Assembly: GCF_964355755.1 (NCBI RefSeq)
Contig: NC_092674.1
Coordinates: forward strand, 14,260,001-14,324,000
DNA from: Antedon mediterranea
Taxonomy: Eukaryota; Animalia; Echinodermata
Reading direction: 5' to 3'
Length of the DNA stretch: 64,000 nucleotides
Shown here: in pieces, positions 26,600-39,591 of the stretch
Layout of the letters: every line of letters starts with the position of its first letter
How positions within the stretch are numbered: position 1 is the stretch's first letter
Made by a program: the position numbers and the translations under genes
The notes under the pieces: model-generated
Told to the model about the DNA's origin: nothing
Database searches by the model: none
Seen by the model: only the letters and a program-made list of their open reading frames with translations

Positions 26600-28130
26600 A
26601 TGATTTATATTTTATAGAATTCTTGTTTCAAGCAATTTTTTTCCCAATATAAGTAAGAATTTACGAATTTTAATTTTATAGAATTCTTGTTTCAAGCAAT
26701 ACTTTTCTTAAAATAAGTAAACATTTACTGGTTTTTATTTGATAGACTTCTTGTTTACTTATTTTAAAAAAAGTTTTGCTTGAAACAAGAATTCTACAAA
26801 TAAAAATCGGAATATTCTTACTTATTTTAAGAAATATATTGCTTGAAACAAGAAAATTAAAAATATAAATCGGAATATTCTTACTTATTTTAAGAAAAAT
26901 ATTGCTTAAAACAAGAATTCTTAAAAATACAAACCGGAATATTCTTACTTATTTTAAGAAAAATATTGCTTGAAACAAGAATTCTACAAATAAAAATCGG
27001 AATATTCTTACTTATTTTAAGAAATATATTGCTTGAAACAAGAATTCAAAAAATACAAATCGGAATATTCTTACTTATTTTAAGAAAAATATTGCTTGAA
27101 ACAAGAATTCAAAAAATACAAATCGGAATATTCTTACTTATTTTAAGAAAAATATTGCTTGAAACAAGAATTCAAAAAATACAAATCGGAATATTCTTAC
27201 TTATTTTAAGAAAAATATTGCTTGAAACAAGAATTCAAAAAATACAAATCGGAATATTCTTACTTATTTTAAGAAATATATTGCTTGAAACAAGAATATT
27301 AAAATTAAAAATCGGAATATTCTTACTTATTTTAAGAAAAATATTGCTTAAAACAAGAATTCTAAAAAATACAAATCGGAATATTCTTACTTATTTTAAG
27401 AAAAATATTGCTTAAAACAAGAATTCTACAAATAAAAATCGGAATATTCTTACTTATTTTAAGAAATATTTTGCTTGAAACAAGAATTCAAAAAATACAA
27501 ATCGGAATATTCTTACTTATTTTAAGAAAAAAATTGCTTGAAACAAGAATTCAAAAAATACAAATCGGAATATTCTTACTTATTTTAAGAAAAATATTGC
27601 TTGAAACAAGAATTCAAAAAATACAAATCGGAATATTCTTACTTATTTTAAGAAAAATATTGCTTGAAACAAGAATTCAAAAAATAAAAATCGGAATATT
27701 CTTACTTATTTTGAGAAATATCTTGCTTGAAACAAGAATTCAAAAAAATACAAATCGGAATATTCTTACTTATTTTAAGAAATATATTGCTTGAAACAAG
27801 AATTCTATAAAATACAAATCGGAATATTCTTACTTATTTTAAGAAATATCTTGCTTGAAACAAGAATTCAAAAAAATACAAATCGGAATATTCTTACTTA
27901 TTTTAAGAAATATATTGCTTGAAACAAGAATTCTATAAAATACAAATCGGAATATTCTTACTTATTTTAAGAAATATATTGCTTGAAACAAGAATTCAAA
28001 CAAATACAAATCGGAATATTCTTACTTATTTTAAGAAAAATATTGCTTGAAACAAGAATTCTATTTTAAAAAATCGATAAATTGTTACTTATTTTAAGGC
28101 AGATACTGCTTAAAACAAGAATGAAAAAAG
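26600..28130. repeat. Right subterminal array (57-bp unit, more than 20 copies)
   Basis: ATCGGAATATTCTTACTTATTTTAAGAAAAATATTGCTTGAAACAAGAATTCAAAAAATACAA repeated; 19-aa-periodic spurious ORFs. Confidence 0.95.
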
Positions 28131-29465
28131 CAATTAAATTCTTGGTAAGAATATTGTTCTTAAAGTATTATTTCTTGGTAAGAATAATTTTCTTGATAAG
28201 AATTTGTGTGATTCTTGTTAAGAATTTTACGATTCTTGGTAAGCCAAAAAGTATTGAAATACGGACAAGTCAAAATTTACTTGTTTCAAGAAATATTTTG
28301 CTTGAAACAAGTTTTTTTTTTCTTAAAACAAGAATCAGAATTTTGCTGTGTATAAGTATACGCTTACCGAAAGTAGGCCTAAGCAACCAAAGTAATACAC
28401 TAGCATCCCACTGATGTGTCCATTAACCACCATTGTTTTGTACTAACTGACTGACCTTGGCCACAGAACACAGTGAGCTAATTTGCATAATAATGCCACC
28501 TGTGAGCACTACTAACTAGCCAATCAGCAAAGAGTTACTCAAGTGGAACAATGAGCTAACTTGGCTTCATAGAGCCACACAATAAATAAAGTACAGTAAA
28601 TTAATAGTAAAACTTATTAATTTGGCCTTTACAGTAATAATACTTATTATCGTGCGATTTAAGATCACTAGTGATTTATTTACAATGTCAATTTCAGATG
28701 GGGTATTTCATATTGTATGTGATTTACATTTTGTGTTATAAAATGTCGAGTGTTTCACCTGCTTTGATAGAAACAATACTGTAATGAGTTGAAAATGTAA
28801 CCATATTAGTGTATAGGTAAACACATGATGTACTGCAAACCTAGTGCATTTGTGCACATAATAGTAGGTGACATTTGTAATTAAGATCGTTTTATTTGAC
28901 ACGAAAACATGTGAAGTCATAAAAAACGTACATTATCATATAATGTAGTACATTTTGAATGTTGACATGACACGATAAACAATAAACATGTTCCTTCGAA
29001 AATAGATTTTTCTCAGAATACTTGGATTTCGTTCTTAAATACGGTATATAGTTTTATTTATTGTAATGCCATGTGTTCTCTATATGTCGATATAGTAGGG
29101 TACGGACATTTATCTTAGTATTGCAGGGTAACACCGTGTCTTAAAAATATATTGTTTATTATAAACATAGACCTTTGCAAAAACACTACTTAGTTTATTA
29201 ATGAAAAAGATCTTAATTGAAATATACATTTGAATTAGCTGTACGCGAGTGCAAATAAAATCTCTAAATGAATATGTATTTGCAAAAAGCTCAAATTATG
29301 TTTTCGAGGATTGTTTTTTTTTTTAGACCACACTACTAAGTGGTTGGTGTAACTTCACATTTATGATATATTGAAATATATATGCTAATTAGTCACCTTA
29401 ATATGGACCTTTGCCATATACGATGATTTATTGATCAAATTCAGAGTTTTAGTATTATAGTATTA

Positions 29466-30055
29466 CAGTTGAACCCCCATGAGCGGTCATCTCCCGAAAG
29501 CTGCCTCCCTTAACGGCTGTACTTTCGAAAAGCCTGTTTGTTCTTCATCTAGTTAGTGGACCTCCTGTAAGCAGCCATCTCACGTGAGCGCCATCTCACG
29601 TGAGCGGCCGCGGAAAATTTGGTTACAACACATTAGATTATTTGTATGGTAAATTACCTCCCGTAAGCGGCCACACAACAACAATACATAGCTGCAGTCG
29701 CGTGCGGAAATTTTAGTTCGTGTTTACCGACCGACCGAAGTATCAAAATACAATTTTCATACTTATATTACGCTTTACGCTATATAATAATTAGCTTTAT
29801 TTCGAAGCGGTTTTAAAATATTTATGTGAAGAACATTCCTGTGTTTTTTTAGATGAGATAACTACACTTTTTGATTTTGACCGACCGGTTTGTCTGAAAA
29901 TCATAAATAATACTAAACCACCTGATCATAAACAATATAATACAATTAACTAGAGCATAGAGGCCCGTTGTGTTAAGAAAGCCGAAAAATATCGTGCATA
30001 GCCATAATACGTGATTTTGGCCCTCTATCGGCAGAACCTCCCGTAATCGGCCACT
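29466..30055. mobile_element. Left end of a pogo/Tc1-mariner-like non-autonomous element
   Basis: TA|CAGTTGAACCCC start and repeated CTCCCGTAAGCGGCCA-like motif; matching right TIR not found. Confidence 0.5.
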
Positions 30056-30100
30056 TTTCAATTTCATAAAATAAGGCAATTAATAGGAATTGGTACCTTA

Positions 30101-31605
30101 AGGTTGGTTTCCTGTCGACGTAAGAACATCACTTTTGTTGCGACTACGTCGATTTGTCGTAAGAAATGCGGATTTTACAGGAAACCGATTACGATCGAAA
30201 ATTTACAAAATCGACGCAACGTAAGAAAAATGGTAACGACAAACGATTTTACAGGAAACCGATGACCTAACAATTGTTGCGTTACGACGTTTTCTTCCGA
30301 TTTTACAGGATTTTTGATCTTACGCTTGAATGAACGCCCTTGCGTCACGTTTCTTACGTCTCTTACGAAAGTTGACTTGAAGTCAACTTTTGCAAGAGAC
30401 GTAAGCGCAATCGTAACAAGCAACCAATGAGCGACAAGAGTTATGACGTAATGTGTATGTCCTTATAGTGAAATAAAGCCGGACAATAACATTTGTATGT
30501 ATTTACTACTATAATTTTAGCCCACTTTACGATGTTGTACATACTTTACAAATGCACAGTAGTTTCAATATAGGCCTAATAATGTTCTAATCAGGGAGTT
30601 TACAACTCATATCAAAATCTAATACTCTTATTTATGGACGTGCAATAAACAATCAGCATCGGTAGAAACGTCACGAAAATGAACATTTGCAACAAGATAA
30701 GATATAGAAAACCCCTTTGTAAGCAATATAATATTATTATGTAACTTTAAAAAAAAATTGTTTGCTTGATTTTGTATAATTTATATTGTTTTGTTAAATT
30801 TATTCTTATTATAGGCCTGTAAATAATGGATATCTTACTGCGGTAGTACTATCTCATGCTCGATTAGAGTATGCCTGGGCCCATAGGCCAAGGCCTAGCC
30901 TAGGGCCTAGGTAGGTCTAATAATAATAGGAATCCCGAAATGAAATGATTTGCCTTTTTTTAATTTTGAAAACTATTTAAGGCTAGGCCTAAAGGGCCAG
31001 TATAATTCATTCATATTTTGATTCATACAATAATACATAGGCCTACTAGCCTAGGCTCCTTATAGGCTAGTTTGATTAGATTTTGGTCAAATCAATTCCT
31101 ATTAGTACAGTATTAATTAAGTATTATTACTAATACTAGGGCCTAGCCTATCTACTAAAAATAATAATGTTGGTGTGCTGCACTGACACTGATGCTGAGT
31201 TGCACCTTTACTCCATGGTTGCACTGACACTGATGCTGAGTAGCTACAGGTACAATAACATCATTCAACATTTCGCGCGAAAAATGATAAAACCCGCTCT
31301 AAAAAGAAACACCAATCAGAGCTGATGTTGTTTCAAATACGTCATAAATCTGACCGACGTAAGAAAAAAATTTCAACTTTCGTAACAACACTAAAATCGA
31401 CGTAAGCATACGACGTGTGTTTCACAGCTAAAATTTCAACTTTCGGGAGCAGCATAACTACAGATGTTTTTCTGCGGCCCGACACGATCTTGACTAACGT
31501 CAGCGACGTCAATTTTTTCTCAACTTTCGTAAGAGACGTAAGAAACGTATGAAACGCAAGAATCGTTGCAAAATTCGACTTCTTACGTCGACAGGAAACC
31601 AGCCT
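30101..31605. mobile_element. PIF/Harbinger MITE
   Basis: TIRs AGG(T/C)TGGTTTCCTGTCGACGTAAGAA; 3-bp TSD TTA on both sides; subterminal CGTAAG motifs. Confidence 0.9.
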
Positions 31606-32192
31606 TTAGTGGTTATAACAGCCCAGATCTATAGTCTACTTTAGTTAAGTATGGTCAACAACATGGATTCCAGAAAAGTGAGTGCTAAATTAAACTAAAT
31701 TTGAACTCATCAAGCCCACATTTTTGTCGCAAATACTGTAGGACATGTGAGAGGTGAGGTGCTAACCTAACCTGTAAGTAGTATTCTAGCCCATCCATGA
31801 TGCCTGATGGGTACGAGTTGGCAGCCATTGGTACGAGTTGACCCGTATTCTAGCTAGGGTGTCCAGTCCTGGTCAACCCGTATCCAAACCAACCCGTATA
31901 TGTAATATAAATATACTTTTAATAGCATTAAACATGGGTACAGGCCAGCCCATGATGAGTACGAGCCAGCCCATGATGTGCAGGAGTGGGCCAACATTTT
32001 GGGTATGAGTAAACCAAAATTTGGGTACGTTGTTGGCATGGGTACGTGTTGACCTGTATCCTTCTAGCTAATCTTACTAGGCCTAGAGTAGAGTAGGTCT
32101 ATGCTATACCCAGACCGGTTACAATAATGGTCTATTCATTCTGTTTATACTGTAGCTTTATTGATAGCTGGGTTGGGGCGGCTTTTTCTCAT

Positions 32193-32594
32193 TGTAGTGA
32201 ATTTATCTTAGTTGGTTCCGAGCTTTCTCAGGCGTATATATTTCCACGCAACGTACACAGCTGTCACTGAATGATAACTCATACAAAAAGTATATTTAAC
32301 TCAACTAGAACTTTTAGTCCTTGTAATTCGATTAATACATCTTTCTACCACTACCAGTCAAGCCTTAATATTCTCTTTATCATCTTTCCGTTTAATTACT
32401 TTGATCTTATTCTCTCTTTTCTTAATATCTATTACATTCTACTTATTATACTGGATATGCAAATTTTAGGCTTCAGAGGAGGATAACATTTTCCCTCCAA
32501 AAATTATACAATTTTGATTGGCTAATAATAAGGCGGACCTGGTCTAAAGCATCCTTCTCTAAACACAGAGAATCACAACATCAATAATATGACA
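32193..32594 (-). repeat. Gypsy 3' LTR
   Basis: Matches 51573-51973 with about 5 differences by eye; polypurine tract AAAAAGGGGAA adjacent at 32595-32605. Confidence 0.95.
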
Positions 32595-32695
32595 TTCCCC
32601 TTTTTGGGAAAAAGATTGTGTCAATCTTTCCAAAAATTTAACATTTAAAACCATTTTACTTTAAACTATCTACTAATAACACCTCTATAATATTA

Positions 32696-33136
32696 TTATG
32701 CACGGCTTAATCCATCTGCATTTCCATTTAGTGATCCTTTCTTGTAAATAACTTTAAATTTATATCCTTGTAAAAACAGAGCCCATCTCATAAGTCTAAC
32801 ATTGGCACCCTTCATTAAGTCCATCCATCTCAATGCCTGGTGGTCAGTATGAACTTGAAATTCACAACCATACAGATAATACTTAAGTTTATTGATAGCC
32901 CAAACAATAGAGAGGCACTCTTTTTCTGGCACAGAATATCTCTGCTCATGTACAGATAACTTTCTACTTAAGTACACAATAGGATAATCATTACCCTCAC
33001 CATCTATTTGGCTCAGCACTGCACCTATGCCATAATTTGAGGCATCGGTTTGCAATATAAACATCTTATCAAAATGTGGGGCTTTTATACATTATCATCA
33101 GTAAGACGTTTCTTTAAAGTTACAAAGGCATTTTCT
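32696..33136 (-). pseudogene. Gypsy RNase H domain
   Basis: FILQTDASNYGIGAVLSQ...EKECL...TDH...NADGLSR; frameshift near 33085. Confidence 0.92.
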
Positions 33137-34291
33137 GGGCAATTCCATGCAAACATGGACATGACCAAAAAAATTCAAATTAATTAGTCAGCTCAAAATT
33201 TGTGTTTATGTTACTCTTTGAATATGTGGGAACTAGGTTTTTAACTTTTTCAATTCATTTATGACTTTTTGCAGCCAAAAAATTACGTTTATTCAATGTT
33301 GAATATATATTTTTTTTTAGGTGTGAAAAATAGGTAATTACGTTAACTGATTATTATTTTCCCAACAAAGCAATATTTATAAAGTAACATGTCTAAGTAA
33401 TAGTACACTTAAGATGTATGGAAAATATGATATAACTACAAATGTTGAATATCCCATATAGGAGTGCTGTGTATATTCTGTTATATATTAGGGTATGTAA
33501 TGCGAGTGACAAAAAAAATGATTTTTTTTTTTTATACCATCATGATGATAATTTTTTTTAATGAAATTTTATAATTTAGCTATACTACTTTGAACAATTA
33601 AAATTTGACAAATAAAAAATCCACGTAAATACAAAATTGTTGAGACATTGAAAAGTGAAATGCGAGTGACATGTAATGCGAGTGACGTTCAAAAATGGAC
33701 AATGTAATGCGAGTGACATTACCACAACTCTTTTTTTTGTAAAGTAAAATAGTAATTAATCTATCATTAGTTATGAATTAGTCCCAGAATTAGTATATAC
33801 ATTAATTTCATAATACAATGTGTAATTTGGCCCTTATTTGGAGGCACTACAGTATAATAATTATAGCATTAGGTTTGTTGAGGGCACAATCCCTAGCAAC
33901 GACCTTTTTGCAGTTAAATCATTTGAAAAATCAATCATTATAAGAGCTCATTAAATAAAAAACACTAAATCTGGTGAGATTTAACAAATTTGGTACAATT
34001 TTTTGTGAAGATAAGAAGGAAGGTAAGAATAAGTATACATTTATATTTAATCAAAATTTTTTTTCTTATATTGTTAGTGTTAATTATTTCAAATTCTATA
34101 ATTTGAAAACACCGCATAGGCCTAGGCTATAATAAGTAATTTATATATTATTATTTATATATTATTATTTACTAGGCATATTTTACATCACCAGGTCTAA
34201 AGCATTGTAGTTTTAAAAACAAAATATATAATTGCTTATTATTTAAAAATAATTTTAAAATATCATTCACATTTGCATCCTGCCTTTAGAA

Positions 34292-34570
34292 ATGGCCAAA
34301 CGACAGAGAAAGTACCTAGAAAAACTGAAAGCCGAGGGAAAATACACCTCATACAGAAACAAACAAAATAAAATTTCGAAAAGAAGTAAAAAAGTAAAAG
34401 AAAAGAGAAAATTCTAGCTCTGCCACCAGCTTTGAAGAAGCAGAAGATTGATGCTCTTAAAGTTGCTAATAGAAAACGTGTGGCTATTAGTTCAGAGCAA
34501 AGAAGGCTGCTTTGGCATCAGACGGACCATCACCTTTTAGAAGTGCTATGGCTTTGCTAAAGCCACTACC
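34292..34570 (+). pseudogene. Basic N-terminal remnant of the carrier element's transposase
   Basis: MAKRQRKYLEKLKAEGKYTSYRNKQ...NRKRV...SPFRS; frameshifted, no catalytic core; resemblance to Sola2 N-termini is from recollection only. Confidence 0.45.
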
Positions 34571-36212
34571 AGGGCAAAAAGAATGCTTGATGCTGGTTTG
34601 CGAAGAACTTTGAGTTCCATAATTTGTAAAATGGCTGTTTGAATTTTCTATTTTCATTTTTAGTGACCGTATAAGTGTTCTGTTACTGTGTTTGTAAAAA
34701 ATCAAGATATTCTGTTAGTGTTAAAAATAGATGATGTCCTCTAGAACTTCATCCAAATGAGTTGAAATAAAAGTTTTTACTTGAAAATTGATATAACATT
34801 CTTTGAGTGGTTTAATGTTGCATTATTTAATTATTGTCTACTTTTCTTTCTGCTTTGCTTAGTAAATACTAAGTTCACTTCTTACGGGAATGCGAGTGAC
34901 AGTAATGCGAGTGACGGGACTTTTTTGTTAAAATGTAAAATATTTTTAAAATCTATGTAATGTTGAATTTTTTTATTATCCTATTTTATACTTTAAAAGT
35001 ACAGTAATTAAAAATATAAGATCTTTTGATTTATATATTTTTAGTTTAAGGACACGTTCTTATCAAATCTAATCAAATTTTTGTTGTGTCCTTTTTGTGT
35101 AATGCGTGTGACAGAATTTCGCAATGGCGTCATTGTCGAAGTAAAAGACATACAATTTTTTTTATAGTATTTTATTAAAGACTTGCACCTAAAGTATGTT
35201 CATATAAAACATTGACTTAAAAATCCAATTAGTGTGTTCCTTCCCTTTACCAGCTAACCCGTCATATATAAAGCTCTAGCGGGTCGGCCAACCTCAATTT
35301 TCATTAGGCCTAAGTGACAACTCACCTTGGTATCAAAGTAAAGAGCCGCGATTTACGAGAGCCAGCTGTAATAAATCACAGCTTGTGGTCTGACAGTGCA
35401 AGATAAACAGATACAGTGTATATATAGCAAACGAAACAAAATAAATGTTTCCGTAAAGAAAAAAATAAAAGTATTCATACAGTTGTATTCATTATAAAAA
35501 AATATTGTTTTTACATGTTCGAATCGTGAAAATCGGTTAAGTTTAAGTGGAGCTAATGAACAAAGTTAAAATACACTTTCAATCATGTGAATGTTTACTA
35601 AAGGGCGTAGTGATAGTAATTCCTCGATGATGCACTAGGCCCGACATAAGACGCAATGCTGTTTTAGTATATCTATTTGTAACACTTTATCACGTTATTT
35701 TGCAGTAAATATGTTATATTATAATGTCAATATTATGATTATATTAATTATTGGTGAAAAACGATTTAATTTATTTTGATGTAATAAAATTACCGAACTA
35801 TTTTCTTGTGCGTAATTAGGTGACCGAGTCGCGCGGCTGCTAAGAAAAAAATACACTATTATTGTGGCCGCTGCACACGTGGTCGAGAGCATGTAGCTGG
35901 TTTACTTGATTGAATGGCGTATTAATTTTATATATAATAAAGATTTTTGATTATCTTAGAAGGAATAAAGTACAGCTTTTAAAAATAAATTATAATATTA
36001 TACGTATACCATAATTGTTAGTATGAATGAATGAGAAAAATATTTTTTATTGAGTAAAATTTAGGAACTTTTTTTCGCGTAATACAACGGTCGCATTACG
36101 TAATGTATGTTCGCCGCCCCTACCGTGGCAACTTTAATTAACTCAGCACTGTGCGAGGTCAGTTATTATTTTGTTGACGTTAGTACAATGTGTTGTTGGT
36201 AAGCTCCAAAAA

Positions 36213-39016
36213 ATGGCAGAAATTATGAGTGTTGGCAGCCGTGTACAATGTGTTGACAGTTTAGGACGATGGGAGTACGGGCGGGTGGTTGCTTTAGCCG
36301 ACGACGATGATGGACTAATTAAAGTTACATTTCCTGGCTGGTCGTCGGAGTGGGATCGTTCTGTCACTGTGCAAGAAATTCGACTGCCAGTGCAGCCGAT
36401 AGATAAACAATTTAAACGTAAGTGTATATTTATTAATTATTCTGAATTGTAGCATTAGATAGTCAATCCCCGGGCTACAGTTCATCATACTGTGCTAGGC
36501 CTAGGTGGATAAGTTTTTGACTTTAATCATTATTATAGAGAATGAAGTAGGTCTAGGCTAGGCCTATGTTAGTGTGACGATATGATTAAGACTTGAAAGA
36601 GTGAGTGCAGCGGCGCGTCGTAGGCCCACCACCGTGTCCGAGACTAGGCCTATTTATAGGACAATTCGGATAGACTGTTTTTTTTTAAATTAATATCTAG
36701 CTTTAAAGAAGGTAGCTTGGCCTACCCTACCTATATACATACACTATAATCATGCAGTACAGAAAAATCCCAGTACAAAAATTGAGGTAAATTAATCAAT
36801 ATCCTCGGGTGCCACACTAGTGACTAGCTTGATCCTAAAAATAGCCTGCCTATGAAGGGTAGGCTACTAGTAATTATGTCCTTTTTTTAAAAATGACTAC
36901 AGGAATTATGAAATATGTGAATAAGCTGTAGAAATAATTACGAGATTCTGCTGAAAGTGCATATCAGTCATTTATGGAAATTCATTATTAAGTTATACAC
37001 GGTATTAAATATATATGTTATACAGGTTCAGTTCCAGGTGGACATAGACGGTCTATTAAGAAACCTACACCTGAGCAATTAGCGACTTTTAAAAATCTGA
37101 CCTCAGAAGATGAGGTACTTGTAGGAGATGCATCTTTACAGGTCGTTGAGGTCGACAGGTTCAACCAATCTTTGGTTGTAATTAGGGACAACCACAGAGA
37201 AACAATTAATATCACTGAGTTACAGATAAAAGATAATGGAGGTATGTATTAAGTCCATTAACAATTGTGTATAATAATTAACAGCTGTTTCTTTTATTTT
37301 TTAATTAAAGAATCCTTTTTGTTTATTTTAATTAATCTTCTTACTTATCTATAATTTCTCATAAATCTGGTTGAATAGGCACTCTTTGAACTAATTACTC
37401 AATGCTAAAATTACAGGAAGTTGGTTTATATGTCTTAATTAATGTTAATAAACAATTATTTCTTTATGCTTACTCACATAATTTGGTTGGATAGGCACTC
37501 TTTTGATCTAATTACTTAATTCTGGTTCAATAATGATGATTAATGTTAAATATACAATTACTTTATGCTTTTGGTTGCATAGGCACTATTTTGTTTAGTA
37601 TCTTTAATCTAATATACAACTGTACAAACAATTCATTAATGTTAATTAAATTAGAAACACTTATATATTTTAAATTAGAAAAAGATATTAAATCATAGAA
37701 ATATTATAGTAAACTATAATGTCTCTATCATTAGATTGAGTTCTATCTATTGTATTATCTGAATAATGAATAATACTTTTTTTAGTGCAAGTTTTTTAAT
37801 TAAATCAAAGATAAAAATGCACTTTTATGATATCTGTATGATGGTGCTTTATTTTGTTTTCGATTTCAATAGGCAACCAAAATTCTAAAAGGGCAGCAAA
37901 AAAACGAAAGTCTTGCACTGTTTCTTGTGAACTTCAAACACATGCTGTACAGACAGACAGTTGGGTAAGTTTTTAAATTGTCATATAATTTAAATTATAG
38001 CTTTGTGATTGATTTACAGTACTTGTTTATTTTGTTCTAACATTAAGGCAGATAGTATTAGTAACATGGTTGTAACCAGCTCATTTGAATATACTAAAAT
38101 AAAACATCTTTTCTCTATTCCTTATTCTAGTTATCGACTGACAGCGACACCTTATTAGCTGTCACATCATGCATTGATGAGCTATATGGTATAGCAGTAG
38201 GAGAACTATATAAGGTAAAAATTGTTAGTGTTAGCATTTGTCTACTGTACTATGAAATTGTGTATTGTACTAAAGACTACATAATCAAACTTTATGTAAC
38301 AAAATGCCCATACAGTATGAATACGCTAATGTCATATTGTCAGTAATTTGGATTTATAATTTTTTGTTTTCTTTCAGATCAAGAAAAGCAACTTATTAGT
38401 TGCTGTAACAAACCTCGACTTATATAAACAATTAGCTCATTGTGTCATTTATATGGATGGTATTGATCTGGATTCTACTATCATCATTCCATACAATCGC
38501 TTAGATGTTTCTTGTGTGCCACTTTCCTGTGGATTGGACAAAAAAATGTTGGAGGAGTTCAGAAATAAGGCAAGTTCGCAAACTATAGAGAATCTCTCCA
38601 TATTAGAGTACAGAAAGCAGTTCCGAAGGGTGCAGTTGGCAAGTGCTATAAAATGTGAAGTAGGAGTGGTATTAAAGAGGAGACTGCGAGCTGTAAATCA
38701 CATGAACTTCGGACTTCTGACACCAGATGTTGATTGTGAAATGTTGCATTTCAACTTGCAAGAGGGTAAGAAAGCTAATAAATTCTCTTATAAAAATAAA
38801 AATCTTGATATGCTTGATCACATTTTGGGTAATGAATGGGACATCCATAGGTTTGAAAATGGAATCTCTTATGTAACAAGTTTGTCCATTCATATAAATA
38901 AGAAAAAGTACTTGGTAGGGTCGTTAGCAGTCGCTACATATAATGGACTTGTAGATGCAAATTATCGTCAACAACTAGGTGCTCACATGGTACATGTGAG
39001 GGATTGCTTGGACTAA
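36213..39016 (+). CDS. Five-exon gene, 411 aa, with N-terminal Tudor/chromo-barrel (Tudor-knot-like) domain; exons 36213-36417, 37026-37241, 37873-37964, 38131-38214, 38378-39016
   Basis: All introns GT-AG with compatible phases (1,1,0,0); 1236 nt open to the stop; VGSRVQCVDSLGRWEYGRV...IKVTFPGWSSEWDRSV fits the chromo-barrel pattern. Confidence 0.8.
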
Positions 39017-39591
39017 ATTGTCAATACTGTATGTAAAAACATTTTTAAAGATGCATTGTTTAAAAAAGCAAGACAACTGTGCTTTGTTGTTTTTCAAAAA
39101 TAATTTTGACTACTGTAGAGCATGCTTGCAATTCAAATTCCGTCCAATTTTCTTATTTGGCAATACATCTTTAATTGTTTCCGTATTGAAGAAAAGTCAT
39201 ATAAATAGTACTATTTAAGGATTTTACAAGTATTGTAGATTAATTGATTTGTCTTGTCTTACATGTTAAGTAATAAAAACAATTGTTGAGTTGCTTTTAT
39301 GAAAACTAAGGGGATAGTTTATCTAAAGGAAATTGGGGAAAATGTGATTTTTTTTGCTTGTTCAATCATGGAGGTATACTCCATGGTTCAATAAACACAT
39401 TAGAACATTACTAAAATCAGTCAACCCACAAGGGCAAATTTTTTAGTCACATTAACAGGTTTTAAATACTATTAAGTATTATTCAACTTCTTTTTTTGTA
39501 AGAGCAACACAATTATTGTTTTTTTTACATTGTACGCTGCCAACACTTATAATTTCTGCCTTTTGTTCTATGTAAATTGTATTGTACAAGT

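Larger units (their letters stand above)
20370..28350. mobile_element. Non-autonomous CACTA/EnSpm(CMC)-like element, ~8 kb
   Basis: Termini CACAGCAAAATT / AATTTTGCTGTG; 2-bp TA TSD defined by comparison with the intact LTR; long subterminal arrays; no transposase ORF. Confidence 0.85.
7139..28633 (-). mobile_element. Full-length BEL/Pao LTR retrotransposon with two large nested insertions
   Basis: Paired ~555-bp LTRs, 5-bp TSD GTAAT (7134-7138, 28634-28638), polypurine tract, gag-PR-RT-RH-IN ORFs. Confidence 0.95.
20096..28633 (-). repeat. BEL/Pao 5' LTR, split into 20096-20369 and 28351-28633
   Basis: The two halves rejoin to match 7139-7693 with one extra TA. Confidence 0.93.

Noticed and set aside
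26600-28130. CRISPR-like regular array and periodic ORFs
   Set aside because: No unique spacers, no cas genes, eukaryotic context; the ORFs arise because the 57-bp unit is a multiple of 3
31808-32062. GGTACGAGTTG motif cluster
   Set aside because: Probably a degraded MITE fragment; boundaries and TSD not definable
36213-39016. Calling the partner gene RAG2-like
   Set aside because: No kelch repeats or PHD Cys/His pattern; the analogy is functional only
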